Of a stretch of DNA of 64,000 nucleotides, positions 27,888 to 37,950 are shown in pieces. Each line of letters opens with the position of its first letter. Positions within the stretch are counted from its first letter, which is position 1. This DNA is from Parcubacteria group bacterium. Lineage in GTDB: Bacteria > Patescibacteriota > Patescibacteriia > UBA1558 > GWA2-36-10. The notes beneath the pieces were generated by a model that did no database searches, had not been told where the DNA came from, and saw only the letters and a list, made by a program, of their open reading frames with translations. The position numbers were made by a program, and so were the translations under genes. The DNA lies in assembly GCA_003104935.1 (NCBI GenBank), contig PQAE01000002.1, positions 3,527 to 67,526 on the forward strand. Direction: 5' to 3'.

Positions 27888-28642
27888 CTTTTGCGGTTAA
27901 AAAAGTAGTTCTTGGTCAGCTTAGTTTTGACCGCGGGCGTGATCTCCCACCTGTCTGATAAACCACTGATAATATTATCAACCGCTTCTTTTAATCCTGA
28001 CTGGCAGCCATAATCGTCAAAAACTACATAACATCTCTCCGCCATCAGATCACCCTCCAGCAAAATCTTAAATATCTCTTGAGCGCTGGAAGCGATATCG
28101 CAGTCTATGTGAACCAGACAAAACTTCCGGCTCTTAAGCTTAGTAACAATGTCTTTGGTTTCTGAAAAATTATTTTTATAAAATACAACTTTCTTTTTGG
28201 TAGGGCTATAAAGGTCTCGACTGTAATAAATACTGCGGCGGCAATCCTTGAGACTGGCGTCACTAAACTGGACTTTTTTAAAAACCCCGTCCGCCTCGGG
28301 CAAACCGGCAAAACTGTCCAGACCGATAATATTTTTATCAAAAATGCCGGTTCTTTCCAGTAGATAAGCCAGCCACAGCACAGAAAATCCTTTCCAGCAG
28401 CCAAATTCCACCACGTCTCCGGGTAATTTATCCCTGTCGATAGATTCTATGATTTCCTTAAAATTTGTCAGACGGCCAATCTGATGCTCTAGCTCCACTT
28501 CGACCTCCTTAATTTTATGGTAATAATTCCAATTGAGATCGGCCGGTTTGTAAATCAGATCCAAGGGTTTATAGACTAAATTATGTAAATTAAAAAAAAG
28601 CGGGATCTTGGCCAAATAATTGTTGATTCTGCTTCTGGTCAT
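27884..28642 (-). CDS. TylF/MycF-family O-methyltransferase
   Basis: GDVVEFGCWKG, DSFAGLPE, VHIDCD, FDDY. Confidence 0.85.
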   Translation of the reverse strand: MTRSRINNYLAKIPLFFNLHNLVYKPLDLIYKPADLNWNYYHKIKEVEVELEHQIGRLTNFKEIIESIDRDKLPGDVVEFGCWKGFSVLWLAYLLERTGIFDKNIIGLDSFAGLPEADGVFKKVQFSDASLKDCRRSIYYSRDLYSPTKKKVVFYKNNFSETKDIVTKLKSRKFCLVHIDCDIASSAQEIFKILLEGDLMAERCYVVFDDYGCQSGLKEAVDNIISGLSDRWEITPAVKTKLTKNYFFNRKR

Positions 28643-28653
28643 AATAACTGATT

Positions 28654-29205
28654 CTATCTGCTTTCCTTCCAGATGCTCTGATGATTGGCCAAATCCGGAT
28701 TCAAAGGGTCAAAGGGCTCAAAAAACTTTTCCATGATATGGATGCAGGCCTCGGCCACGGCGCTGTCTCCCCCGCGCGAGGGTGTTACAAAATGAGCGTG
28801 TTGCTTGGCGGTGTGGATGGCATTAGCCGGAGCAATGGCATAGGCCACTTTGGCAAAAACCATAGCGTCAAAGATGCCGTCGCCCATATAGATGGTTTGA
28901 GATAAATCATAATTTTTCTTGATCCATTCTACCCGCTCAAAAGTACTAACCAAATCCAGCGGCAATTTCATATCTTCTACTACTCTTTTTTTTGTAATGG
29001 CAAAACCGCGCTTATCACCACTGATCAGATGAACAATCAGGTATTTTTTTAAGAGTCCTAGGGCATCATTATCGTCCGGGCCAAATAGCTTGGCTATCTT
29101 ACCATCCACTGTATAATAATAGGAGCCATCTGTCAGAACGCCGTCCACATCCAAAATAAAATACTTTGGTGTTTTGACTAATTTTCCCGTTGCAGGTTTC
29201 TCCAT
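28654..29205 (-). CDS. KdsC-like HAD phosphatase
   Basis: LDVDGVLTDG, ISG, YMGDG..D, GG..AVAE. Confidence 0.88.
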   Translation of the reverse strand: MEKPATGKLVKTPKYFILDVDGVLTDGSYYYTVDGKIAKLFGPDDNDALGLLKKYLIVHLISGDKRGFAITKKRVVEDMKLPLDLVSTFERVEWIKKNYDLSQTIYMGDGIFDAMVFAKVAYAIAPANAIHTAKQHAHFVTPSRGGDSAVAEACIHIMEKFFEPFDPLNPDLANHQSIWKESR

Positions 29206-30785
29206 AGGTGTAATTTACCAAAATAGTATAAAAATAAATTAAAAGGTTCGTGATGCAAGGGCGACATGTTTAGCCAGATCAGCGCGGTCAGTACCCGGAC
29301 TTTCCTAATATCATATTGACCCCGGGACAAAAACGAATAGAGAGTCTCCTGACAATGTACTAAATTATCTTTGCGCAGTATATCGACGTGGACGTGCCCG
29401 TCGTCTCTCTTTTCTATGCTAAATAAATTTTGATTGACGATATCGTGGTTGACCGTCAAATTGTGATTTAACTTGGCCAAATCATAATATTTATCTCCGG
29501 CCGCCAGCAACCCGCCAAAATTTTGGCGCCAGTCCAAAAGACAATAGCCGTGTTTGGTCTTCAGGATATTGTCCAATATGAAATCACCGTGAAAATTGCT
29601 GGGCTGACTATCACACAGCCACTTAAAGTCAATCATCTCCAACATCTTGCCCAAGCTCGGGATTTTCTCCTCATTGATAATATCCTCTTGGTCTTTTAAA
29701 CCAGCCAGTGACCTCAGCTTGTCGGTGCGCTCTACGGTCTTGGTATAATAGAAATCGTGACAAATATCCTTAAAATCGCGTCCGCCCAGCTCGGTGGTTT
29801 CCTTGGGTTTGGTCCAGAGATTTGTCTCGGCCCACTCTAAAAAATGTAAAAAATCATGAGGCGAAACCACCCGGGAGTAGAGATCGCCCTCTACAAATTC
29901 GTAGCGGTAGAAATTACCGACCGCGCCCGAGACCCTTGGCACCAAACCAGATAAAATTTTGGCCCGGGCTACCCGGTCATCGATATTTTTTTTGTCGTAA
30001 AAAAACTTTATAACAAAATCCCGGAAAATAAAAATGGATTCGTTAATTTTGTCTAAAATATGCAAAGGGTCTTTGATTTTTTGGCGAGCCTGGTCGATAC
30101 CCCGCAGATGGCCCACATCAAACCAGCTGGTAACCGGAAGAGACTTAAAAAAACTCTGGCGGCTGCTGATCATATCATTGATCACGGCCATATCTCCCAG
30201 GGTCGGATCCAATTTATTGGCCTGATACAGAGACTCTAGACTCTGCCAAAAAATATCATATTGTTTGATGCCGACCAGGCCGATGTGAAGATTGTGAGTA
30301 TAACCATAATTGGTCGCGCCCTTGTTATCAATATGCATCACCCGATCCCCAACAACATTGATCGAAGCATAGTCGGAGGTATCGCTGCTCTGAAAACACG
30401 CCACCCAGTTACCCAGCGGCTCGGCTATTTTATCTTCCACTATCGTGTCGCCGGCGTGGTAAATAAACGGGCACTGCAAAAAATCCTTGGCCTGCAACAT
30501 GGAATATCCCAGACTGCTCCCCGGCCCGTCATAATTATCCACTTCCACAAAAGTCACCGGCCGTTCCGGATAAGCCAATTTTACAAAATCCCTGACCTGC
30601 TCCCCAAAATGCCCGATCAAAATCACTATCGGAACATCCGGCGCATAGGCTTCAATGATATGAGACAGGGTCGGTTTTTTTCCGACCCGAATCAAAGCAT
30701 GGTTAGTATACTGGACTAACTCGCCTAATTGGCTGCTGACGCTAGCCGCCGGTATTAAAACCTTGTAAGCCTTATTTTCTGCCAT
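29178..30785 (-). CDS. Nucleotidyltransferase-like domain fused to an APH/choline-kinase-like phosphotransferase; start moved to ATG 30785
   Basis: N-half paralogous to 26153..26884; C-half FHGDFILDNIL, LLDWR, YYDLAKL. Confidence 0.8.
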   Translation of the reverse strand: MAENKAYKVLIPAASVSSQLGELVQYTNHALIRVGKKPTLSHIIEAYAPDVPIVILIGHFGEQVRDFVKLAYPERPVTFVEVDNYDGPGSSLGYSMLQAKDFLQCPFIYHAGDTIVEDKIAEPLGNWVACFQSSDTSDYASINVVGDRVMHIDNKGATNYGYTHNLHIGLVGIKQYDIFWQSLESLYQANKLDPTLGDMAVINDMISSRQSFFKSLPVTSWFDVGHLRGIDQARQKIKDPLHILDKINESIFIFRDFVIKFFYDKKNIDDRVARAKILSGLVPRVSGAVGNFYRYEFVEGDLYSRVVSPHDFLHFLEWAETNLWTKPKETTELGGRDFKDICHDFYYTKTVERTDKLRSLAGLKDQEDIINEEKIPSLGKMLEMIDFKWLCDSQPSNFHGDFILDNILKTKHGYCLLDWRQNFGGLLAAGDKYYDLAKLNHNLTVNHDIVNQNLFSIEKRDDGHVHVDILRKDNLVHCQETLYSFLSRGQYDIRKVRVLTALIWLNMSPLHHEPFNLFLYYFGKLHLWRNLQREN

Positions 30786-31125
30786 AATCATCGCTGATTC
30801 TAACAACGTCATCCAACTCGGAAGTGGAGCACTCCAGATAGAGTGCATCCGCCTCGCGCGCAATCATCCGGTGCTTTTGCCCCGGTTTTATGGTAATAAC
30901 CTCGCCGGGTTCTAAAAAAATCTCACCATCATCGAGCAAAATAATTAAACGGCCGGATAGGGCCAGAACGGTCTCCATCTTACGCTCATGATATTGATAT
31001 GAGCACTGGTGCCCCTGTTTCATCAGCAACCGCTTGACCGTATATTTTTCGTTGGTCTCTAAAATATCCTCGTAACCCCAGGGTTTTCCTATATGTTTGA
31101 TATTATTGGTTTTAGTATCGTCCAT
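30772..31125 (-). CDS. Cupin (mannose-6-phosphate isomerase type II-like)
   Basis: KPWGYE, SYQYHERK.E, PGQKHR, DDVVRISDDYGR. Confidence 0.88.
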   Translation of the reverse strand: MDDTKTNNIKHIGKPWGYEDILETNEKYTVKRLLMKQGHQCSYQYHERKMETVLALSGRLIILLDDGEIFLEPGEVITIKPGQKHRMIAREADALYLECSTSELDDVVRISDDYGRK

Positions 31126-31130
31126 GTTTT

Positions 31131-32345
31131 TTAATCAGTGGCAAATTTAATTTTTTTATTTTGTAAACCGGCTCTGATGAGTATAAAAACACTATCTTCG
31201 GTGGCCCGCACTGTATGCCGGATATTGGGATAATAACTCAGGCTTTGGCCGGCCGCCAGCTGTTTCTGGCTGGATCCGACTGAGACCGACAGCGAACCTT
31301 TTATCAAAAAGATGGTTTCTTTAAGCAAAACATTAATTCTAATCTCATCCTGATAATACCTCTGAGTATACTCTTTATTTTTGCCCAAATCAACCTTTAA
31401 TACGTCATAATAGTCATTATTTTCGAGTAGCACTCTGCCCGGCTCTACCTGACCGTCTGGCGCCATAGTGATGCCCTGGAGCGGATACAAACCTCTTTTG
31501 ATGAGCTGTGAACCGGGATAATTTATGTCGTCATCAAGGCAGACAAAGAGCTCGGTTTTGGGAACGGCTACCTTGATCGGCAAAATATATTTCCGGTCCT
31601 GGCTGATTTCCAATTCAAAGGGAGTTTCCAGGGGAAATCTTCGTAACCGATAAAAAAATATTTTGTTGATGGCATCCCAGCCTTTCTTTTTGTTAAAGGC
31701 CATGCCCAATCTGTTGAGCAGAGTCATAAAACTATAGAGCAGATGGGTAAAAAATATAGGCAACTTTATTCTTTCGGCTTCGATGACTTTTAGTAAAAAA
31801 TCTTTTTTAAATATAGCCGCGGCCGATACTATGCACAAACGCTGTTGTAAGGGGAAAAATAAATCCAGATTTTCTCTGGTCACATCGGCCAGGTCAATAT
31901 CATTATAGGACCGGATTATGCCCGGTTGGCTAATCGCCTTAAATCTGTCGCGCCAGTGCGGCAGATAGGTATAAAGCATATAATCCGCGTCCTGCTCGGC
32001 CATCTCGGACACCACTCTGGTGATAGTTTCCTGAGGGGCGATATTGAGATGATCTTCGTTCCAAACCAAAATATATTTATGCTTGGCCTGCTCTAGCATC
32101 TCCAAAGCGTTGCGGAGCCACCCCCCGCCCTTCCGCTTATCGTCCAATAATTCAAAAAGAATCATCTGGTCGCCGAGATTTTCCCGCAAAAAATCTATGG
32201 TTTCCAGACGCAGGTCGCCCCGCACATTGACTAGCCAATTATCGCTCACGGTATTGAATGAAAAAAAGGAATCCTTGAGGTGCTCCAGGCGCTGTCGGCT
32301 GTTAACTCTGATATTGGCTAAAATTGTCAGGTTTTGTCCGCTCAT
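31131..32345 (-). CDS. Hypothetical protein: GT-A-like N-terminal region and cupin-like C-terminal region
   Basis: YILVWNEDH after a nucleotide-binding-like start; C-terminal IKGSLSV...LAAGQSL.YYPNIRH. Confidence 0.5.
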   Translation of the reverse strand: MSGQNLTILANIRVNSRQRLEHLKDSFFSFNTVSDNWLVNVRGDLRLETIDFLRENLGDQMILFELLDDKRKGGGWLRNALEMLEQAKHKYILVWNEDHLNIAPQETITRVVSEMAEQDADYMLYTYLPHWRDRFKAISQPGIIRSYNDIDLADVTRENLDLFFPLQQRLCIVSAAAIFKKDFLLKVIEAERIKLPIFFTHLLYSFMTLLNRLGMAFNKKKGWDAINKIFFYRLRRFPLETPFELEISQDRKYILPIKVAVPKTELFVCLDDDINYPGSQLIKRGLYPLQGITMAPDGQVEPGRVLLENNDYYDVLKVDLGKNKEYTQRYYQDEIRINVLLKETIFLIKGSLSVSVGSSQKQLAAGQSLSYYPNIRHTVRATEDSVFILIRAGLQNKKIKFATD

Positions 32346-33181
32346 ACATTTTTATCATCAGCGGTACGGGATTGTTTTTGCTCCCAAAACTCCGGATATT
32401 TATTTGGTTTTAAACCCACAAAAAACTCCACTAAAAAAGCATCCAGGGCGCGCATATAAGCATACTTAAACCCCAGCTTGCCGTCCTTATATAATTTTCC
32501 CCTGAAGTATAATTTTCTAAAACGATAACCAAAATACCAAATACCGCGCAAAAAATGTCCCAAAAAACTCTTTGTTTTAGGAACCCGCTCTATCTGTAGT
32601 TCCAGCTGAAATAAGATCCTCTGGGGACGGTAGATATAATGATTCCAGCGTTGCTGATGCCAGATAATACCCTCAAAAACATCCGCTTTCCTGTCGTGTA
32701 CTAACTGTTCATGAACTCTGCCCCCTTCATCAGACCGATAATAAATACCCAAATTATTTCTGATGATTCTCTCTGGATAATCTATCAGATGCGGCAAAGA
32801 TTCATCTACTCTTTTTATTTTGACGACGTCGGGATTCTTTTCTACTAAAAATTTGCGCACATTATTTTTAAAATCTTCGGCCAGTCTTTCGTCAGTCGCC
32901 AAAAGAACGAGATATCCCCGGGTGGAGTTTCTAATGGCAAAATTCCAGGCTTGGCCGTAATGAAAAGCACCCGGAGCTTGGTAGTGATAAAGCTTGATGT
33001 TATTATATTTTTTTACAAAACTATCGACAATCTCCAGAGTCTTATCGGAAGAGCCAGTATCGACCACTACTATTTCGTCTGCAAAATCAACCAAGTCAGA
33101 CAGATAACCCGCTATCTGTTTTTCTTCGTTCTTCACAATATTATAAACCGACAAGGTTATTTTTTTTTCGTCCGTATTCAT
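32342..33181 (-). CDS. GT2 glycosyltransferase
   Basis: IVKNEE, DEIVVVDTGSSDKT, TDE, RVHEQ. Confidence 0.88.
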   Translation of the reverse strand: MNTDEKKITLSVYNIVKNEEKQIAGYLSDLVDFADEIVVVDTGSSDKTLEIVDSFVKKYNNIKLYHYQAPGAFHYGQAWNFAIRNSTRGYLVLLATDERLAEDFKNNVRKFLVEKNPDVVKIKRVDESLPHLIDYPERIIRNNLGIYYRSDEGGRVHEQLVHDRKADVFEGIIWHQQRWNHYIYRPQRILFQLELQIERVPKTKSFLGHFLRGIWYFGYRFRKLYFRGKLYKDGKLGFKYAYMRALDAFLVEFFVGLKPNKYPEFWEQKQSRTADDKNV

Positions 33182-33196
33182 GAGATCAGCTATTTT

Positions 33197-34309
33197 CTAA
33201 TCTTTATGGCTAAAAAAATCTGCGATGGCTCCGGCGACATAAGTACACTGCTCCTCGGTCAGCTCGGCGTACATCGGCAAGGATAAAATCTCCGGCACAA
33301 CCTTTTCCGCTACCGGATATGAACCGGCGGGCAAATTTAGGTGGGCAAAGGCCGGCTGTAAATGAATGGGAATGGGATAATGTATGCCGGTGGCGATGTC
33401 CTTGGTTTGCAGATACTGCTGCAGTTCGTCACGCTTTTTGGTACGAATAATATAAAGGTGATAATTTCCACGCGAATATTCCGGTTCGCCAGGCAAAATA
33501 ACTTCCTGTACATTTTTTAACAAATCACTATAGCACTGAGCGTGTCCGCGACGCAAGTCGTTCCAGGAATCTAAATACTTTAATTTAACGTCTAACACCG
33601 CGCCCTGAATACCGTCCATGCGAAAATTTCCGCCTATCATCTCATGATGATATTTTTTTATAGATCCGTGGTCTCTGAGTTTATATAGTTTATCAGCCAG
33701 AACGCCGTCGTTGGTAATGACAGCGCCGCCCTCGCCATAAGCCCCGAGGTTTTTACCGGGATAAAAACTAAAACATCCCAGTAAGCCGATAGAACCTGCC
33801 TTTTTTCCTTTATATTTGGCGCCGTGGGCCTGGCAGGCGTCTTCGATCACTAAGAGATGGTTTTTTTCCGCCAGGGACATGATCGGATCCATATCCGCGG
33901 TCTGACCATATAAATGCACCGGGATAATGGCTTTAGTTTTGGGAGTGATTTTGGCTTCTATTTTACTGACATCAATATTATTTGTTTGTTCGTCAATATC
34001 CACAAAAACAGGTATAGCACCCAGCAGGGCGATACTGCTGGCTGTGGCAATAAAGGTATTCGGGACGGTAATCACTTCATCACCGGCCTTGATGCCCGCG
34101 GCCAACAGAGCGAGATAAAGCGCCGCGGTTCCGGACTCTACTCCGATAGCGTATTTGACGCCGTTATACTCCGCAAAATTTTTCTCAAAACTTTCCACAT
34201 ATTTGCCCGAAACAAAAGCCGTGTTGTCTATCACCGCTTGGATAGCGGCGTCAATCTCTGGCTTAATCTTTAAGTATTGGGCGCGCAGATCAACAAAAGG
34301 AACTTTCAT
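33197..34309 (-). CDS. DegT/DnrJ/EryC1/StrS PLP aminotransferase
   Basis: SGTAAL, PVHLYGQ, EDACQAHG, SFYPGKNLGAYGEGG. Confidence 0.95.
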   Translation of the reverse strand: MKVPFVDLRAQYLKIKPEIDAAIQAVIDNTAFVSGKYVESFEKNFAEYNGVKYAIGVESGTAALYLALLAAGIKAGDEVITVPNTFIATASSIALLGAIPVFVDIDEQTNNIDVSKIEAKITPKTKAIIPVHLYGQTADMDPIMSLAEKNHLLVIEDACQAHGAKYKGKKAGSIGLLGCFSFYPGKNLGAYGEGGAVITNDGVLADKLYKLRDHGSIKKYHHEMIGGNFRMDGIQGAVLDVKLKYLDSWNDLRRGHAQCYSDLLKNVQEVILPGEPEYSRGNYHLYIIRTKKRDELQQYLQTKDIATGIHYPIPIHLQPAFAHLNLPAGSYPVAEKVVPEILSLPMYAELTEEQCTYVAGAIADFFSHKD

Positions 34310-34313
34310 AGTA

Positions 34314-35072
34314 TTATTTCTTGTAAATTTTATTAGGTATTAAATATACTCTTTCCTCCCCCACCGTGAAATAAGGCGGTTCAAAATTTGGCATCGAGGT
34401 CGCCCGGACATAACGAAATATTTTTTCGGCCGGCCAGCTGACATCAATTTTTTTTATGTCCGTAATTTCCTTCCGGTAATGTATGGAATGTTTTCTGGTC
34501 TGATAATAATCCTTTTGCGGCGTTAATTTATAATTAGCGCTAACTATGTTGCCGATCTCGGCCTCAAATAACTCCAGCGAATTATCAAAAGTAAGATCAT
34601 AAAGCTCGCTCACGTAACAATTTTCGGGAATGGCAAATCTTTTTTCGGCGATGATATCGCCGCTATCAATCCCCGCCTCTAGGCGATGGAGCGTAGTGCC
34701 AAAAACTTTGTCGTCATTTATGATGGCAAAAGAAAATTGGTTACAGCCCCGGTACTCCGGCAAAGGAGCCATGTGCAGATTTATAGCAATCTGTTTGGCG
34801 ACGTCAATATGCTCCTGTTTTAAAATCAAGTGATATTGGACGGAAATCAAGATATCTACATCCTTTAGTCCGATGATGTCATCCAGATTACTGATAACGG
34901 GAAGGTTATTATTTTTTGACAAAGTTTCTATATTTAGACTGCTGTCAAAATTTTTGTCTTCCACGGTCAAAACGCTCCGGATGTTGATACCCAGGCGTTC
35001 TTTGTTTTTTATCAGTATCTCCAGGCATTTGTAGCCGATGGGCTTGGTGCCTAAAAAAAGGATGTTCTTCAT
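34314..35072 (-). CDS. NDP-amino-sugar N-formyltransferase
   Basis: INLHMAPLPEYRG, GTTLH...GIDSGDI. Confidence 0.88.
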   Translation of the reverse strand: MKNILFLGTKPIGYKCLEILIKNKERLGINIRSVLTVEDKNFDSSLNIETLSKNNNLPVISNLDDIIGLKDVDILISVQYHLILKQEHIDVAKQIAINLHMAPLPEYRGCNQFSFAIINDDKVFGTTLHRLEAGIDSGDIIAEKRFAIPENCYVSELYDLTFDNSLELFEAEIGNIVSANYKLTPQKDYYQTRKHSIHYRKEITDIKKIDVSWPAEKIFRYVRATSMPNFEPPYFTVGEERVYLIPNKIYKK

Positions 35073-36079
35073 ATATTGACCTCCGCCCCGTTTTTCTCCA
35101 ACGATAAATTAATGGCTTCCAGAATCTTGACTATTTTCAGCCCGGCGGCTCCGTCAGTCAGCGGCTGTTTATTGTTAATAATACAATCAATAAAATGTTC
35201 ACACTCTGTTTTGAGGGCTTCTTTTTGGTCTAATTTTGGAATGTAGGTATCTCCTTCCCGATATAAGGGCCAAAACATATTATTTGTATCATAATTCAGA
35301 GTAACGCTCTTATCATAAATTTTTACTTTTTCTACGGGCTCAATATCGTCGTATAAAATCATCTTTTTACTACCGCCGATCATCATCTGACGGATTTTCA
35401 GCGGAGATAGCCAGCTGACAAATATGTAGACCGAAAATCTGTGATTGAAACGGAGCATAATATGCATCATTTCTTCCTTATTCTTGCCCAGGTGTGCGGT
35501 GCCGATAGCTGATACCCGGTCCGGCACTTCTCCGATCAGATAATCCATGATGGACAAGTCATGAACCGCCAGATCCCAGGCCACATTGACGTCTTCCTGG
35601 ATCAGACCCAAATTTATCCTTTGCGAACTAAAATAATACAAATCGCCCAATTCATTATTAACAATCATTTCCTTGATTTTTTTTATTGCGCCGGTATAGA
35701 GAAAGGTGTGGTCAACCATCAAAATTTTATTTTTTGCTTTAGCCAAGTCAATTAACCGCTGTGCTTCTTGAGCCGTGCTGGTCATAGGTTTCTCCAGCAG
35801 CACATGTTTATTATTTTCCAGCGCCTTACTGGCCAGAGCAAAGTGACTGTGCACCGGCGTAGCGATGACAATAGCCTCAATCTCGGGATTATTTATCAGA
35901 TCTTCATAATTTTTGGTAAAATTAACGGCCGGATAAAATTTCTTCATCTTATCCAGATTCTCCTGCTTTAGATCACAAACAGCCAGGACGCTGACGCTGT
36001 CCAGTTGAAAAAAATTTCTCAGTAGATTCGGCCCCCAATAACCCACACCCACTAAAGCGATATTGACTTTCTTGTCCAT
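35069..36079 (-). CDS. Gfo/Idh/MocA oxidoreductase (WlbA/WbpB-like)
   Basis: VGVGYWG, IATP..SH, HVLLEKP, WDLAVHD. Confidence 0.92.
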   Translation of the reverse strand: MDKKVNIALVGVGYWGPNLLRNFFQLDSVSVLAVCDLKQENLDKMKKFYPAVNFTKNYEDLINNPEIEAIVIATPVHSHFALASKALENNKHVLLEKPMTSTAQEAQRLIDLAKAKNKILMVDHTFLYTGAIKKIKEMIVNNELGDLYYFSSQRINLGLIQEDVNVAWDLAVHDLSIMDYLIGEVPDRVSAIGTAHLGKNKEEMMHIMLRFNHRFSVYIFVSWLSPLKIRQMMIGGSKKMILYDDIEPVEKVKIYDKSVTLNYDTNNMFWPLYREGDTYIPKLDQKEALKTECEHFIDCIINNKQPLTDGAAGLKIVKILEAINLSLEKNGAEVNI

Positions 36080-36085
36080 AAATAA

Positions 36086-36871
36086 TTAATTATCCTGATT
36101 AATATTCTTGCTATTATCAAGTAAATTGCTCTGAGATTGGCTAATCTTAATGATTATACCCTGTGCAAATAATTTTGGAAATACCCTACTAAGCAGAGGC
36201 AGACCCTGGTATAATTTGAGCTGATCCAACTGCAGACCCAGATTTCTTACCCACCAGCGGGCATCGGCGGCCGTCCAAAAACGCAAGTGTTCGCCGGGAT
36301 GACTGACCCACTGCAGGGGAAATTTACCGCCGAGCAGGCGCAGACGATGTAAATAATAGCCGGTATTGGGAAAAGAGAAAATCATTGCCCGAGTAGCCTT
36401 ACCTTTGACGGCCATGATAAATTCCTCGGGATTGGGCAAATGTTCCAATATTTCAAACCCTAAGATATAGGCACCGGACGGAATTTTCGCCAGTTGTGAC
36501 AAATCGGCCAAATCAACATTTACCGTTTCCAACCCGTTTTTTTTGGCGGCCGCTAAAACTAAATCATTAAAATCCACGCAAATTCCTCTGATGTCAACTT
36601 TACTCTTAATGTATTTTAAGACTTCGCCGTCTCCGCCGCCCAGATCCACTATCACCTCGCCGGGTTTTAAAAACTGTGCGACGTAATCAGCCCTTTCCTT
36701 TTGCCAGCTGGTCAGAGCCGCGTGGTAATCCTGACCGCGACGTTTTTTCCAATACTCATCATAATTAAGGCGATAACCCTGCGACAAATCAACCGACGGA
36801 TAAGCATTGAGTGCTTTCAGGTCGCCCCGAAGCTTATAAAAAAAGAATTTAATTTTTTTGATAATATTCAT
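36086..36871 (-). CDS. Class I SAM methyltransferase (MetW-like)
   Basis: VDLGGGDG, EILEHL.NP, SFPN. Confidence 0.82.
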   Translation of the reverse strand: MNIIKKIKFFFYKLRGDLKALNAYPSVDLSQGYRLNYDEYWKKRRGQDYHAALTSWQKERADYVAQFLKPGEVIVDLGGGDGEVLKYIKSKVDIRGICVDFNDLVLAAAKKNGLETVNVDLADLSQLAKIPSGAYILGFEILEHLPNPEEFIMAVKGKATRAMIFSFPNTGYYLHRLRLLGGKFPLQWVSHPGEHLRFWTAADARWWVRNLGLQLDQLKLYQGLPLLSRVFPKLFAQGIIIKISQSQSNLLDNSKNINQDN

Positions 36872-37949
36872 AATATTTACTTACGGTCTGACGCCAAGAA
36901 AATTCACCGGCGAAATTTCTTGAATTTTCTGCTAACTTTTTTTTATCTTGTTTTAACAACAATTTTATTCTGTCAGCCACATCATCGTGATCGTGCTGTC
37001 CAACCAGATAACCGTTGTAACCGTCGCGCAAAGCATCCTCGATGCCACAATCACGGCTGGCGATGACCGGCAGTCCAAAGCAAGCCGCTTCTAATAATAC
37101 TAAACCAAAACCTTCAAAAGAATCCCCGGTGTTATTGGAGTTTAATAAAAAAATATCGCTAATCTGGTAAAAAAAAGATAATATTTTATCATCGGCGGCG
37201 CCGATAATTTCTATTTTATCCGCAATATTTTCTGTAGCGGCAAAATCTTTAATTAATCTGATATAATTTTTATCCACATCGGAACCAATCATAAAATATT
37301 TAAATTTAGGGTACTCTCTTTTTAATTTGCTGATGGCCTGAAGACTGTCGTATTGGCCTTTTCTGTTTTTTAAAGAACCGACGGTTAAAAAAATCGGATA
37401 TTCATCATTAATTTTATATTTTATTTTATACTGTCCAATTTCCAAATCTGATATTAATGGTAAATCGGGTACCCCTAGAAAAACTGTCAAAATATTATTT
37501 AATTTGATCTTCCCAAGGATTTTCTTTTTTGTATAATTGCTAATGCAAAAAATGTTTTTGGCCCGGCGATAAGCCAGTGATAATAAAAAAGCCTTTGCTA
37601 AATTATTAAACGGCTCAACCGAATACGTGCCCACTCCGTTGATAAACAACTTTTTTTTGGTCCCCCAGACCGCCGCGTAACCATAAACAGCATATGGCCA
37701 GCCGTCAAATGCGTGCACGATATCACTGGAGCGGGCCAGCTTTCTAACTCTGAAAAGATTGCGGAAAAAATTCGCCACATTATCCAGAGACAATAAAATA
37801 TTATCTTCGTTCCCACATTTTCCATAACCCTTATCGGTGATCACGCGACAATCAATACTAAAATTTGGATACTCGCTGATAATCGCCGAAGAGTACCGTC
37901 CCCAACCGGACTGCTTATTGATATTGCTGGTGATAACCGTTAACTGCAT
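36849..37949 (-). CDS. GT4 glycosyltransferase
   Basis: VGSLKNRKG, FEGFGLVLLEA. Confidence 0.9.
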   Translation of the reverse strand: MQLTVITSNINKQSGWGRYSSAIISEYPNFSIDCRVITDKGYGKCGNEDNILLSLDNVANFFRNLFRVRKLARSSDIVHAFDGWPYAVYGYAAVWGTKKKLFINGVGTYSVEPFNNLAKAFLLSLAYRRAKNIFCISNYTKKKILGKIKLNNILTVFLGVPDLPLISDLEIGQYKIKYKINDEYPIFLTVGSLKNRKGQYDSLQAISKLKREYPKFKYFMIGSDVDKNYIRLIKDFAATENIADKIEIIGAADDKILSFFYQISDIFLLNSNNTGDSFEGFGLVLLEAACFGLPVIASRDCGIEDALRDGYNGYLVGQHDHDDVADRIKLLLKQDKKKLAENSRNFAGEFSWRQTVSKYYEYYQKN

Positions 37950-37950
37950 T

